Shown: positions 26,538 to 37,317, numbered from the stretch's first letter. The stretch is DNA of 49,479 nt from Candidatus Nomurabacteria bacterium (GCA_029288775.1 JARIGQ010000010.1:1-49479), one strand, 5' to 3'. The notes: generated by a model from the letters alone, not told the origin. A program made the numbers and translations.

Positions 26538-28193
26538 CTACTTTGCGGTGTCTATATGCTGCCAACCGAACTTTTGATCTCCATAAACCTTTTTCCCAGG
26601 ATTAAGACAATGTAGCGGATCAAAAATATCTTTAGTTCTTTCAAAAAGGGAAATAAGCTTCGGGGAATACATCTTGGAGAGATATGGCGTGCGGAGAAGT
26701 CCATCATTGTGTTCAGCTGACATGGAGCCTTTATAGAGAAAGACAAGCTCAAACACCTCGTCCATTAATGCATGGAGTGTGTCCACTATTCCTTCTTTTT
26801 TGAGATCAACAAGAGGAATAATATGGAAATTTGCGTCTCCCATGTGTCCTGCTACCGTATAAATGAGTTCAGGATACTTTTTGAAAATATTCTCAAGTTT
26901 TGGCAAAAACTCTGGAAGGTCTTTAGGGTGAACGATGATATCGTCGATAGTTGGCGCTGTGCGAAATCCCTGCAAACGATTGCGAAGCAAGTTAAAACTT
27001 TCGCGTCTGAATGTCCAATACTTCTTTGATTCTTCCGCCGAATGAGTCACCTTAAGAGGAAGATTGAAACGCTTCATGTCTTCAAAAGCTGCCATTGCTG
27101 CGTGTTCCGCTTCTTCTTCCGAATCAGCTACGAATTCTGCCATAAGAATAATCTTGGGAACTCCGCCGGTAAGCGCCATCCAAAACTCCGGCAAAAACCG
27201 AAACCCAAGCGAAATCATGCTGCCACCCATACGAAGAGCAATATCCTTGAAAAACTTGATGGCAATCTTGAAGGTATTGTCGTCATATGATTCAAGCGTT
27301 TCCGGTTTATGAGTCAAAAAAGCTGGAATAATATCTCCCAAGGAAGCTGTAGAAGGTACGAACATAACCACCATACGAGAATGCTCTTTTGGACGTACGC
27401 CGCTTAGCGTTGCAGAAGCAACTACAGCAAGCGTCCCCTGACTTCCCACTACAAGCTTAGAAAGATCAAGCGTATCTGTTGCTTTATCGTAAGCATTCCA
27501 TAAATAGTATCCTGATGAATTTTTGGACACAGAAGGTTTTGCTGCTTGAATTACATCGTACTCTGTCTTCAAGAGCTCGTACATCTCGCGATGTATGCGG
27601 CCGCTTTCTGTCTGTTCTGTTAATTTCTTTTGCAAGGCTTCACCTGAAAGGGAACGTAATACATCCGACTCTCCATTGGCAAAGACAACATCCAAAGCAC
27701 GAACATATCGCTCGGTTTTTCCATAGGTAAGCGTTTTTTCTCCACCTGAATTATTGGAAACAATTCCTCCTATCGCTGCAAGCTCACGCGAGGCAGGATA
27801 GCTTGGCAAAAGCCATCCTTTTTTTAAGGTCTCTTTTTCGAAATCACGATAAAACACACCCGGCTCGCTTGTGGCTTCCTCTTCGGAAACTTCAAGCACA
27901 TGATTCATGTTGCGAGTAGTATCCGCAACAATGGAAGCGGAAAGCGGTCCTCCTGTCATACACGTGCCCGCCGCGCGCATGGTAAGGGAAAGATCTATAT
28001 TCTGCGCGCGTTTTTCATGTACATATTTTGCAAGTTGCATAAGGTCTTCCTTACTTTTAGGATAAACCACAAGCTCGGGCTTCACATAAAACAGACTAGT
28101 ATCCCGGGCCGCTTTTTCCCGAGCTTCTTCGGAGATGCTTATTTCTCCTGTAAGGCGAGCCTGAAGCTCATGCATGAGTACTGATGAATCCAT
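26538..28193 (-). CDS. FAD-binding oxidoreductase (GlcD/D-lactate dehydrogenase family)
   Basis: RAAGTCMTGG, GSQGTL, GHMGDANFH, SAEHNDG, LNPGK. Confidence 0.9.
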   Translation of the reverse strand: MDSSVLMHELQARLTGEISISEEAREKAARDTSLFYVKPELVVYPKSKEDLMQLAKYVHEKRAQNIDLSLTMRAAGTCMTGGPLSASIVADTTRNMNHVLEVSEEEATSEPGVFYRDFEKETLKKGWLLPSYPASRELAAIGGIVSNNSGGEKTLTYGKTERYVRALDVVFANGESDVLRSLSGEALQKKLTEQTESGRIHREMYELLKTEYDVIQAAKPSVSKNSSGYYLWNAYDKATDTLDLSKLVVGSQGTLAVVASATLSGVRPKEHSRMVVMFVPSTASLGDIIPAFLTHKPETLESYDDNTFKIAIKFFKDIALRMGGSMISLGFRFLPEFWMALTGGVPKIILMAEFVADSEEEAEHAAMAAFEDMKRFNLPLKVTHSAEESKKYWTFRRESFNLLRNRLQGFRTAPTIDDIIVHPKDLPEFLPKLENIFKKYPELIYTVAGHMGDANFHIIPLVDLKKEGIVDTLHALMDEVFELVFLYKGSMSAEHNDGLLRTPYLSKMYSPKLISLFERTKDIFDPLHCLNPGKKVYGDQKFGWQHIDTAK

Positions 28194-28269
28194 GAAAAAA
28201 GTATACAACAAAAGCCTCAAAGCAACCTTTACTTATCCCACAGGGAATCGTTCCACCTGACAAAAATAA

Positions 28270-28872
28270 CTATGCTTTAAGTGTCGCAGCTTTTCTTTCT
28301 AGTACATGCGCGTCCTTGATAAACCGCCGATTATTACCTGGAATAGCTTGTGCGTGTGGAGCATCAAAAATAGAAGCTGCAATAGGCCACAAATCTTTCT
28401 CTTCCACTACCCATGTACTTCCAAATTTCCGTAAATTAATGGGCTTAGAATACCCTCGCATGGTTTTAGTTCCATCACTCACTAAAAAGTATTCATTGAA
28501 ATACGACATGGCAAGCTCTCTAATTGATCGATACACGGGATCACGATATCTTAAGACCGCATGGTTTGTTTTAGATATTGCACCCCAATATCCATGTTCC
28601 TTAAAAAGTGCCACCACATGATCATCGTCGCGACGGTCAACCTTAAGACTGAGAATAAGCGGCTTACGACCTTGAAGCATAAGCGCTGTCGCTGCAAGCA
28701 TGGCCCCTTCTAGACAATGAGCTTTTTTCTCGCGCAATACTCGACGAGGAGACATACACGTTTCGCCTCCCTTTTCGAAGTTAAAAGGAAGAGAATCCAA
28801 AAAATCCTGGATAGCAGACGAGGTTTTTAGCGAACGGAGAAACGATTCTTCGTCCTTGTGTAACCCAAACAT
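28270..28872 (-). CDS. Hypothetical protein, transglutaminase/papain-like (Cys-His)
   Basis: AHCLEGA and DDHVVALF motifs. Confidence 0.7.
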   Translation of the reverse strand: MFGLHKDEESFLRSLKTSSAIQDFLDSLPFNFEKGGETCMSPRRVLREKKAHCLEGAMLAATALMLQGRKPLILSLKVDRRDDDHVVALFKEHGYWGAISKTNHAVLRYRDPVYRSIRELAMSYFNEYFLVSDGTKTMRGYSKPINLRKFGSTWVVEEKDLWPIAASIFDAPHAQAIPGNNRRFIKDAHVLERKAATLKA

Positions 28873-28873
28873 G

Positions 28874-29404
28874 TTAGCGGTTGTCTACTGTAAACGAAAA
28901 GACATATTCATTCTCCTTGATCTGGTGTTTCGATTGTTTTGCTGGAGCTACATCTGTAAAAGTAATACTTCCCGCTTCTGTTGTTGCATTTCCATGAAGA
29001 GAAATGGAGCTTGTAGCAACCCCTGTGGCGCTTTGCAGTTGGATGAGGAGACGCACTGTTCCGGCTTGGATACATTGCACATCTTCTGGACATCTGCTAT
29101 CTTCAAGCACCTTAAGAGGAGTAAGCGTAGTTCCACTAAGGACAATAGACTGACCTAAAGCGGCCTCCCCCTGAAGCATTTCCGGCGAAGAGGTTGCAGT
29201 TGTTTGAGGACATGCAAAGCTACAATCTGCGCCGGTTCTTCCAACCCATGTACCATCTGGACACTGCATAGCGTCTTGAGTGCACGCTGCCGCTGTGTCC
29301 TTTTTATGGTCTGCAAAGCGCATGGCCGCACCCCATACAATGAAGGCAAGCATTCCCACAATTATGAGGCTTGCAACTGATCCTGCAAAAGTCTTTGTAT
29401 TCAT
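28874..29404 (-). CDS. Membrane-anchored Cys-rich exported protein
   Basis: TM followed by CTQDAMQCPDG..GRTG.DC.F.CP and DSRCPEDVQCIQAG. Confidence 0.75.
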   Translation of the reverse strand: MNTKTFAGSVASLIIVGMLAFIVWGAAMRFADHKKDTAAACTQDAMQCPDGTWVGRTGADCSFACPQTTATSSPEMLQGEAALGQSIVLSGTTLTPLKVLEDSRCPEDVQCIQAGTVRLLIQLQSATGVATSSISLHGNATTEAGSITFTDVAPAKQSKHQIKENEYVFSFTVDNR

Positions 29405-29428
29405 ATATGAAAAGTATATCAAAAACAC

Positions 29429-29995
29429 CTACATAGCCGAAGCTGCGGCTACGGTGGTAAGTAAAATCATTCCCGTAATGTCTCCCAAAAAAAGAAAAGG
29501 TGCAAATTCTTTATATTCATAGCCACTCAAAGCAAGTACTGCAAGTAAAATATCGTTAGGAATAGGAGCAAATGCCGAATAGAGATACACGAAGAAAAAA
29601 ACTAACCAACTGGGCGTTTTATATACCCACCGCCACATATGTTTGAACAATCGATTAAACCTTCCGTTGCTATCAATAACAAATGAACGCATGCGAAAAG
29701 CTACAGCATAAAATAATGAATCACTTATAAAGATACCGAGTCCTGCTACGGTGCCTAATATATAGGGATTAACTCCACCGCGTGCAAGTACAATAAGTGC
29801 GGCATACAAAGAAATCCCCGTAAGAGATGAAAAGCCTCCTATTACAGCGAGCACAAAAGCCGCTACGTACATGTTAGTAATGCCAAAATCAGAAATCAGC
29901 CGGTTGATTGGATAGTAATGAAAAAAAAGCGCCCACCCTGCCAAAAAGGAAAGGATTACGAATATCGAACCATACAATCGTGTGTGTGAGGTCAT
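29429..29995 (-). CDS. Integral membrane protein (DedA/VTT-like)
   Basis: Multiple TM segments; APIPNDI motif. Confidence 0.65.
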   Translation of the reverse strand: MTSHTRLYGSIFVILSFLAGWALFFHYYPINRLISDFGITNMYVAAFVLAVIGGFSSLTGISLYAALIVLARGGVNPYILGTVAGLGIFISDSLFYAVAFRMRSFVIDSNGRFNRLFKHMWRWVYKTPSWLVFFFVYLYSAFAPIPNDILLAVLALSGYEYKEFAPFLFLGDITGMILLTTVAAASAM

Positions 29996-30272
29996 CTTCT
30001 AGTAGTAACGACGCACTCACAACCATGCTACTTACATACTAAAATCACTATTTTCTAAGGACAAACCACCCAAGCTCTTGTTTTTTGTAATAGTTGGCTA
30101 ACAATAACGTCTCAAAAGTAAAGCCAGGCATACTAAGACAACGCAGCTTCGGGAGCACAACGGCACAGCAAGACATCTTGAGCATCATGCTCAAAATAGC
30201 TAAGCTTCGGGTTTATCTATACACCTTTATTAATCTTATTACGTTTACTTAAGTTAGAACAAACAATTATAT

Positions 30273-31298
30273 ATGACACCATTTACACGAAAGAAGATTG
30301 CAGCATTAGCTGGGGTATTCGGCATTGCTCTTGCTGGCACACCAGCTCTTTTTGCAGCAACAATGACAGTTGTTAATTCAACATCTGCTGATGTTGCAAA
30401 TAACCTCACCGTATCTGCTACATCAGGTGGCAACACCTCAACTGGCGCACACGGAGGACACGCAGGATTCGGTGGATACACAACAACTTCAGGCCATGCA
30501 GGATCATCAAACACTGCTGGTAACGGCGGCAATGGAGGAAACGGCGGCAATGGAGGAAACATCTTCACAGGAGATTCAATTGGTACTGTGAATGTTGAAA
30601 ATGACATCAATACTACCGACACCTCTATTGAAGACATGAGCTCAAGCGCTGATCGCTACAACTTGTCTATGACAACAAGCTCAGAGGTAGGGTCTTCCTC
30701 ATCTGATTGGATGAAGGCAACTCAGTATTCTCGCGACGGATCTTCCTATCACTCAGGACATGATACTGCATACAACACAAGCGCAACAGGATCTGACTCA
30801 AGCAAAGGGAGTGACTCTGCAACATCAGGAGGAAACGCAAACTCAAATTACAACAAAGCTTCATCTTGGGACAACCAGGAGCACGATACAAACAGCACTT
30901 GGGATGACACTCAAATGGACAAAGAAGACAACTCTTCACTTGAAGCAGCTACTACAGCTGAAAATCACAACAATCAATATATGACGATGACTCGTACCTA
31001 TGTTGATAGCAATGACAGTTATGTCGTGACTAATGGCAACACTGCTCGACTCAACAACACTGGTGGAGTAACTACGCTTTCAGGTGGCAACACCTCAACT
31101 GGGGATGAAGGTGGATTCGGTGCTGACGGAGGAAACACAGTAACTTCAGGTCAGGGCGGTTCATCAAATACTGCTGGTAACGGCGGCATGGGTGGCAACG
31201 GAGGTAATGGAGGCATGATCTCAACAGGAGTATCAGACTCACTTGCAAACGTAGTAACCACAATCGGACGCACGGTTACTCGCATGGTTCGCCACTAA
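30273..31298 (+). CDS. Secreted Asn/Gly/Thr-rich repeat protein
   Basis: Signal peptide; two copies of SGGNTSTG...SSNTAGNGG.GGNGGNGG.I.TG flanking a polar linker. Confidence 0.8.
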   Translation: MTPFTRKKIAALAGVFGIALAGTPALFAATMTVVNSTSADVANNLTVSATSGGNTSTGAHGGHAGFGGYTTTSGHAGSSNTAGNGGNGGNGGNGGNIFTGDSIGTVNVENDINTTDTSIEDMSSSADRYNLSMTTSSEVGSSSSDWMKATQYSRDGSSYHSGHDTAYNTSATGSDSSKGSDSATSGGNANSNYNKASSWDNQEHDTNSTWDDTQMDKEDNSSLEAATTAENHNNQYMTMTRTYVDSNDSYVVTNGNTARLNNTGGVTTLSGGNTSTGDEGGFGADGGNTVTSGQGGSSNTAGNGGMGGNGGNGGMISTGVSDSLANVVTTIGRTVTRMVRH

Positions 31299-31304
31299 TT
31301 ATTA

Positions 31305-31366
31305 AGGAAACAGGATTATCCTGTTTTCCGATAGCCTCGCCAAGGAATTCCTTGCGGGTCTATCGG
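31305..31366 (+). promoter_or_regulatory. Strong intergenic hairpins within the repeat-protein operon
   Basis: ggaaacagga/tcctgttttcc and ccgatag..caagg-aatt-ccttg..ctatcgg stems. Confidence 0.5.
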
Positions 31367-31393
31367 AGCACGGAATGTCTCCCTACCTAGACC

Positions 31394-34060
31394 ATGAAAT
31401 ATATGACACGCACGACCATACAGCTCTGTTCAAAACTCCTTATTGGTGTCTTTATTATTTCTCACCTCCTTCCATTTTTTAGTCCTTATGCATGGGCTGA
31501 CACCATGGACACCTCCACCTCCACCTCGTCCCTTTCAAGCGATTCCTCCGCTCTCGTGCTTGATGCCACTCCAAGCGCCTCAGAGGACAGCTCTTCAACC
31601 GAACCTTTTCTTTCTCCACAAAGAGAAGGAGTTTCCGACGGTGCTTCTTCCACTCCCTTATTAGAAACTGCAAGTACTACTGCTTCAACAACTAATACAA
31701 CTCCTGTAGAGACATCCTTTTCAAGCAGTACTCCTACATCATCAACATCTGACGTAGCAACTACAACCAGTGTTTTACCTGTCGATGCAAGTTCATCAAA
31801 TGCAACTTCGAGTGACTTTGGAACAGTCTCATCTACAAGCTCAACCACACCAGGAAGCACTACCATTATTACAAGTACCTCCACAGAAAATGAAGACGGT
31901 GCTTCATCCACTGCAGCTGAAGCGTCAAGCACAGAAGACTCCACGCTTCCGGAAGGAACGACAACAATTGCAACCGGTAATGCTGCCGCGCTTGCAAATC
32001 TTCTTACTATCGTTAATACAAGTTTGGTAAATTCAACAGGCTCAATCGTATTACAAAATCTCACCAACGGAACTTCCGGTGATATAGACGTGCGCCCTGC
32101 TTCAAGCACGGCTTCTTCATCCTGTACCCTTCTTGCCTGCAATGACATCCAAGGTATTACTCTCCAATCAAACGCTACGGGAACCATAGACAACACAGTA
32201 ACGCTTACTGCAGACACGGGTAATAACGCTATCGCTACCGCACAAAATGCAATCATCGATACCGGTTCAGCATTTACCGGACTTAATTTAATCAATATAG
32301 CCAATACAAGCCTCGTCGATTCCACCTATCTTCTCCTTGGACTAAACGCATTCAATGATGTAAACGGTGACATTGTATTCCCAAGTCTTTCTAATTTCTT
32401 CAATATCCCTTCTGGAATTTCATCATCAGGATCAATTAACCTCAATAATGACGCCTCTGTTTCCAATACGTTATCAATACAAACGGATGCAGGAAATAAT
32501 GAGGCAACCGATACGCAAAGCGGAATTATTTCTACAGGAAATGCTCTTTCGGTCACCAATGTAATCAATGCAATAAATGGCACCTATATTGGCGGAAATT
32601 CAGTAAAAATTTTGCTGAAAGTAACTGGTTCATGGCTAGGAGAAGTGTTTGGAGCGCCAGATGGAATTGGATTCAATGATACTGCAAATGGCAAACTTCT
32701 TGATCTTTCCACACCAGGAACCCTCGCTTCTTCTGTACAAGATGCAACAGCAAACATTCTAAGTACCTCAACCGCACTCATCAACAATCAAGTAAATATG
32801 CTTGCCGAAACCGGTAATAATAAAACTAAAGACACAGCGAATGCGGTCATCACCACAGGAGACGCAATGGCTGCAGCCAACATCATTAATATCGCCAACA
32901 CTAATGTCATCGGTCGCAACTGGATACTTGCTATCATCAATATCTTCGGCAACTTCCATGGCAATATCGCGTTCGGTCGACCAGATCTTTGGATTGGCGC
33001 TCAAGTAAAAGGTAATCCGCCTGTACAGAATGGAACAGATCTTACCTATACCTTAACCGTGGCAAATCGCGGAGATAGTTCAGCAACCAATGTTACCCTA
33101 GTATCTGATTATGATGAAGACCATTTGGACATCCTCGATAGCACACTCCCCTATTCTGACGCAGATGGGAAAGTAACCTTCACACTCGGCAACCTGGCAC
33201 CGGGGGCTTCACAGGAAATCGTATTTCACGCCCGTATTAAAAATGCCTCAGAAGGACTAGTCATTGGTAATATTTCTACCGTAACCGAGCGAGAAAATGA
33301 TAATAATAATACTGATAATAGCGACTCCGTAAGCATTCAAACGTACGTTGAACCAACTCTTCCGGGAGCCATAGGAGGATCTTCAGGGTCCGCTAATCAA
33401 AATGATACCTTACCTGGAGCAATTTCCTCAACTCCTATAACTCTCCAGGTAGAACGCACGACCGCATCCTCCTCTCTTGTGGGAAGCGGTACCAAAGGTG
33501 AACAAACAATCATCATACGTAATCTCACCGCACAATCTCTTCCCGATACAACCTTTGAAGATATTCTGATAGATCCCCAAAATCATGAAGTACAACGTCA
33601 ATCCTACGATCTCGGAACCATTAAACCGTTTGAAGAAATAACCATCAGTTATGACATTATTTTTGGCGACGCCGCAAAGGAAGGTACCTATCTTTTGTCT
33701 AGTGAGATTCACTATGCACCAAATCAGCAACAAACTTTTACCTCTAACGGCTATCTTACCTACATCAAGGGGAAAAATACTGCTCCGCAGATAATAGGAA
33801 TAGCGACGAGCACCATTCCTGCAGTAATTAAACACAATTCCCCTAAACCCCCCGTAAGTGTTGCAGCACCCGCACAGCATGGATCCGTCCTGGGAGCATT
33901 TGCAGAATCATTTTCGCCAGAAATCGCCTATGCTCAAGAAGCAGGAGGGAATCTTCACACCATTGATTGGAATTATTGGATTGCTTACCTTATCATCGTT
34001 CTTCTCATTGCTGCAGCTCTTCTCTATCGAAGATATCTGGCGCTGCGAAAAAATGCTTAA
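31394..34060 (+). CDS. Large surface protein with Asn-rich repeats, a DUF11-like Ig domain and a C-terminal TM anchor
   Basis: Signal peptide, Ser/Thr stalk, repeated A.TGNN...I.TG.A...N.IN.AN, LTYTLTVANRG..ATNV, TM plus basic tail. Confidence 0.85.
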   Translation: MKYMTRTTIQLCSKLLIGVFIISHLLPFFSPYAWADTMDTSTSTSSLSSDSSALVLDATPSASEDSSSTEPFLSPQREGVSDGASSTPLLETASTTASTTNTTPVETSFSSSTPTSSTSDVATTTSVLPVDASSSNATSSDFGTVSSTSSTTPGSTTIITSTSTENEDGASSTAAEASSTEDSTLPEGTTTIATGNAAALANLLTIVNTSLVNSTGSIVLQNLTNGTSGDIDVRPASSTASSSCTLLACNDIQGITLQSNATGTIDNTVTLTADTGNNAIATAQNAIIDTGSAFTGLNLINIANTSLVDSTYLLLGLNAFNDVNGDIVFPSLSNFFNIPSGISSSGSINLNNDASVSNTLSIQTDAGNNEATDTQSGIISTGNALSVTNVINAINGTYIGGNSVKILLKVTGSWLGEVFGAPDGIGFNDTANGKLLDLSTPGTLASSVQDATANILSTSTALINNQVNMLAETGNNKTKDTANAVITTGDAMAAANIINIANTNVIGRNWILAIINIFGNFHGNIAFGRPDLWIGAQVKGNPPVQNGTDLTYTLTVANRGDSSATNVTLVSDYDEDHLDILDSTLPYSDADGKVTFTLGNLAPGASQEIVFHARIKNASEGLVIGNISTVTERENDNNNTDNSDSVSIQTYVEPTLPGAIGGSSGSANQNDTLPGAISSTPITLQVERTTASSSLVGSGTKGEQTIIIRNLTAQSLPDTTFEDILIDPQNHEVQRQSYDLGTIKPFEEITISYDIIFGDAAKEGTYLLSSEIHYAPNQQQTFTSNGYLTYIKGKNTAPQIIGIATSTIPAVIKHNSPKPPVSVAAPAQHGSVLGAFAESFSPEIAYAQEAGGNLHTIDWNYWIAYLIIVLLIAAALLYRRYLALRKNA

Positions 34061-34560
34061 GATTGACGCTCCTGAGCATCCAATTTGCGATTCTCAGCAC
34101 TCCATCCAATCAGATTCACGAGAATCTGAATCGTGGTCGCCACTCCGGAAATAGCCAAAATAAGAATGGGTAGCCAAAAGAGTTCTGTTCTCTCAAAATA
34201 GGCATACGTTACAAAAAGCCCAGCCCAAATAGAAAAACACCAGGGACAAATAAGAAGTTCGTACGCAACCCGTAACGGACCATGCGTGCGTTCAACTTTT
34301 TGGAAATACGTTACTCCTTCTTGGGTATACTCTTCTTCGGTATGTTGAAAAATATCTCGAATAAAATGAGTAATTTTGTCATAGACAAACAATCGAGTGA
34401 GACGGAATGTAGCCAAGATAATCAGCCCCAGATCAAACAGTGGAATAGAGGTCGGGAGCGAGCCATTAGTGGTATACAGCGACCACAACATCCCCACGGC
34501 CACCATAAGGAAAAAGATCGAATAGATAATATACCAAGCGCTGTCATGATTTGATTTCAT
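34057..34560 (-). CDS. DUF1360-like membrane protein
   Basis: LATFRLTRLFVYDKIT and LLICPWCFSIW. Confidence 0.85.
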   Translation of the reverse strand: MKSNHDSAWYIIYSIFFLMVAVGMLWSLYTTNGSLPTSIPLFDLGLIILATFRLTRLFVYDKITHFIRDIFQHTEEEYTQEGVTYFQKVERTHGPLRVAYELLICPWCFSIWAGLFVTYAYFERTELFWLPILILAISGVATTIQILVNLIGWSAENRKLDAQERQS

Positions 34561-34615
34561 TCTCTGATTATAGCGAAAGCAGAAAGGAAAAACACCCCTC
34601 CGAAGAGGGGTATTT

Positions 34616-35635
34616 TTAAATTAAGGAAGCCTTCACTTCCCTCATTTTCTTATAGCGTTCAGCTCGATCCGCTTCATTGTTTACTCGTTCATACATCTCT
34701 TCAGCGGGTTTGCCGGCGTCCTGCACTGGATTTGTCGAGAAAACCCCATACCGAAAAGTGACGCTGAACAACTTGCCAGAACTTAAACGAAAGGGATGTG
34801 CTTCAACAGCTTCTTTAAGTCTTTCAGCCACCTCCTTTACTTCGAACTTGCTGGAGTTAGCAAACATGATGGTGAACTTATCTCCCGCATCACGAAAGAC
34901 CATGTCTTCTGGTCGCACGCCCAGGCATAAAACTTCAGCGACCTCTTTTAGTAGACGATTACCATCCAAGTGGGTTTCTTCGTTAGCCGCACCAAACCCT
35001 TTCAGATCCAACGAAATAGAAGAAATATACCCACCGTTTTTGGCAATGTCATTCCAGTGGTACTGAAACCATGCCCAAGCCCCCCTATCGTTATACACAT
35101 AGATGTCACGGTCTGGTTGACTCGTCCTCGGATCGAGAAGCGTAAGGAGCTCCTTCTGCATATGCCTTTCGGCAGAGCTACAGATAGTTGCCTTCAATTC
35201 CTCTCGAAACAAATCGCGAGTCTTGAGGTTCGCAAAACACCAGTCTGCTCCAGCGGTTCTTGCACGAGCGAAAATCTCATCGTTCCAATTAGTGTGTACA
35301 AGAATGGAAGCAATGGGGAACACTCGTTTAGAAGCATGCTCAATGAGCTGAATTCCGCTATACAATCCGTGTGTGTACTCTGCCAGCAAGATAACCTTGC
35401 GGAGAAAAAGGACACCATTGATCAAGGCAAGTGCATAGAACGGGTCATCCGTCACACACAGCTCATAATTAGGGAGCGTAGAAGCAAACTTTTCCATTTG
35501 CAACATAAGCTCGCCTCTGGCACAAATCACGATTGCCGTTTTCTGTTTTCTCTCCCGAGGTATAAACGGTTCCTGCTGCCGTTTCTTCAATGTACTAGAA
35601 ACCATGTGATAACTCCCGAAATGCTGCGGTCTCAA
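34616..35635 (-). CDS. Receiver-like domain plus degenerate GGDEF domain
   Basis: DLKGFGAANE..H.DGN.LL; FRDAGDKF in place of RxGGDEF. Confidence 0.75.
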   Translation of the reverse strand: MRPQHFGSYHMVSSTLKKRQQEPFIPRERKQKTAIVICARGELMLQMEKFASTLPNYELCVTDDPFYALALINGVLFLRKVILLAEYTHGLYSGIQLIEHASKRVFPIASILVHTNWNDEIFARARTAGADWCFANLKTRDLFREELKATICSSAERHMQKELLTLLDPRTSQPDRDIYVYNDRGAWAWFQYHWNDIAKNGGYISSISLDLKGFGAANEETHLDGNRLLKEVAEVLCLGVRPEDMVFRDAGDKFTIMFANSSKFEVKEVAERLKEAVEAHPFRLSSGKLFSVTFRYGVFSTNPVQDAGKPAEEMYERVNNEADRAERYKKMREVKASLI

Positions 35636-35704
35636 TGAGCCGCACAGTGTTATCCGTCTGCCGCAATTATTGCAATGACTCCTTTAAAAATCAATATTGA
35701 CAAT

Positions 35705-36499
35705 TTACACCCGAAGTATTGGATTACGAATGAAATACAAGCACCATTCTTCGTACTCTCGAGCTCCAAGCGCATGGGTAAAATAAAACCCTTGCATGAC
35801 ATTACACTCAAGCGCTTGCAATAGCTCTATCTGTTCTTCAGTTTCCACACCTTCGGCAATTACCACAAGATCAAGTGCCTTGCCTAATTTAATCACCGAA
35901 TCAAGCAATGTTTTATCACGATCACTAGCGAGCGCCTGATGAGTAAATTGTCGGTCAATCTTGATACCATCGACAGGAAAGAATCGCAAATGATTTAAAG
36001 AAGAAAAACCCGCACCGAAGTCATCCAGAAGTACGCGCATTCCAAATGCTTTAAGCTGAGAAAGGACGTTTTTTGTAGTTTCGGGATGAGTCATTGCAAG
36101 ACTTTCCGTGATCTCAATATCTATATCTTCCGGCTCCACCCCCTCTTCCATAAGCGTACGGAATAACTTTTGAGGGAGTTTTGGGTCACCAAGCTGGGCC
36201 ATAGAAACATTTACAGAAATTTTATAGAAGGAATATCCTTTGTCTTTCCATAGTTTGCACTGGCGACATGCCTCTCGAAAAACAAAATCTCCAATATCCC
36301 CAATAATGCCACATTCTTCTGCAATACGAATAAAACTTTTAGGGTGAAGAAATCCCAACCTCGGATGATTCCATCGAATAAGCGCCTCTCCTGAAACGAT
36401 TCTATCCTGCTTTTTATCCAAAATAGGCTGATAGTACAACTCAAATTGTTTGTGCTGTAAACCCTCCAGAATATCCGCCTTAGTAAATTGGTCCTGCAT
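35705..36499 (-). CDS. Stand-alone EAL c-di-GMP phosphodiesterase
   Basis: YYQP, EALIRW, EITES, DDFGAGFSS, KIDRQF, AEGVET, QGF. Confidence 0.93.
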   Translation of the reverse strand: MQDQFTKADILEGLQHKQFELYYQPILDKKQDRIVSGEALIRWNHPRLGFLHPKSFIRIAEECGIIGDIGDFVFREACRQCKLWKDKGYSFYKISVNVSMAQLGDPKLPQKLFRTLMEEGVEPEDIDIEITESLAMTHPETTKNVLSQLKAFGMRVLLDDFGAGFSSLNHLRFFPVDGIKIDRQFTHQALASDRDKTLLDSVIKLGKALDLVVIAEGVETEEQIELLQALECNVMQGFYFTHALGAREYEEWCLYFIRNPILRV

Positions 36500-36571
36500 A
36501 CATCTTAAACAGTAAAGCTATAACTCATGGGAGGCAGTGTATGCTTTGGAGACGTGCAAAAAGTAATTTTC

Positions 36572-37153
36572 TTACCGATTCATCATTTTTTTACGCACGT
36601 AGGTTCCTGTAAACCAGTTGAGAAGAACAGCAAAGCAGACGAAAATAAAACATAGGAGTTGGATACGGAGGGCTGTGGCTTTAACGGCAGTTATGCCAAA
36701 ATCTACAGACCGCAACAAGAAATAAAACATTCCAAACCATGCCGCCGTTCCAAGCATAGTAGAAAGAACAAATTTCCAAAAAGAAATCTTGTGCACTCCG
36801 GCCAAAATATGGCTAGCCAGTCGAGCTCCCCAAATAAACTTAGTAAAAAATACCAAAAGCACTCCATGCCGTTCGAAAAAGGCGGAAAAGTGTTGTGCTT
36901 CTTCCATTCGTTTCTGGACAAATTTCATTTGATAGATTCGCTCCTTTTTCGCAAATCGCCCCACCCAATACCAACTAGCATCTGCGGTAAGTGTAGCAAG
37001 AAGGGTAACGCTAAATACGATTGTAAGATTAAGATGCCCAGAAAGCGCATAGAGCATAGCAGGCAAGAGAGTAGCTCCACCCGTAAAAATAATTCCCAAA
37101 TACATCCCCGCATACACGACGTGGGCAGGTAAGTGAAGGATGAAATCCGCCAT
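36572..37153 (-). CDS. DedA family membrane protein
   Basis: D..WYWVGR, FFERHG, KFIWGAR pattern. Confidence 0.85.
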   Translation of the reverse strand: MADFILHLPAHVVYAGMYLGIIFTGGATLLPAMLYALSGHLNLTIVFSVTLLATLTADASWYWVGRFAKKERIYQMKFVQKRMEEAQHFSAFFERHGVLLVFFTKFIWGARLASHILAGVHKISFWKFVLSTMLGTAAWFGMFYFLLRSVDFGITAVKATALRIQLLCFIFVCFAVLLNWFTGTYVRKKMMNR

Positions 37154-37317
37154 ATGCTATTGATGACGAACCTTCGGAGTTTCTTCTTACCTCAAGTGAC
37201 TAAGACATCATGCGCTGCTAGAGTTGTCAAAACTGAAGATTATCAACAAGTGCCAAAAGGTCGAGTGGCGCCGGCTTCGTGCAAAATACCGCCCCCTTGG
37301 GGCGGTATTTTTTCTCC

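Noticed and set aside
30120-30240. A known riboswitch upstream of the repeat-protein operon
   Set aside because: Short hairpins and a repeated gcttcggg are present, but I could not match c-di-GMP, c-di-AMP or other consensus motifs by eye.
31486-32787. Long minus-strand ORFs (279, 85 and 67 aa)
   Set aside because: They are antisense shadows of the low-complexity Ser/Thr-rich surface protein.
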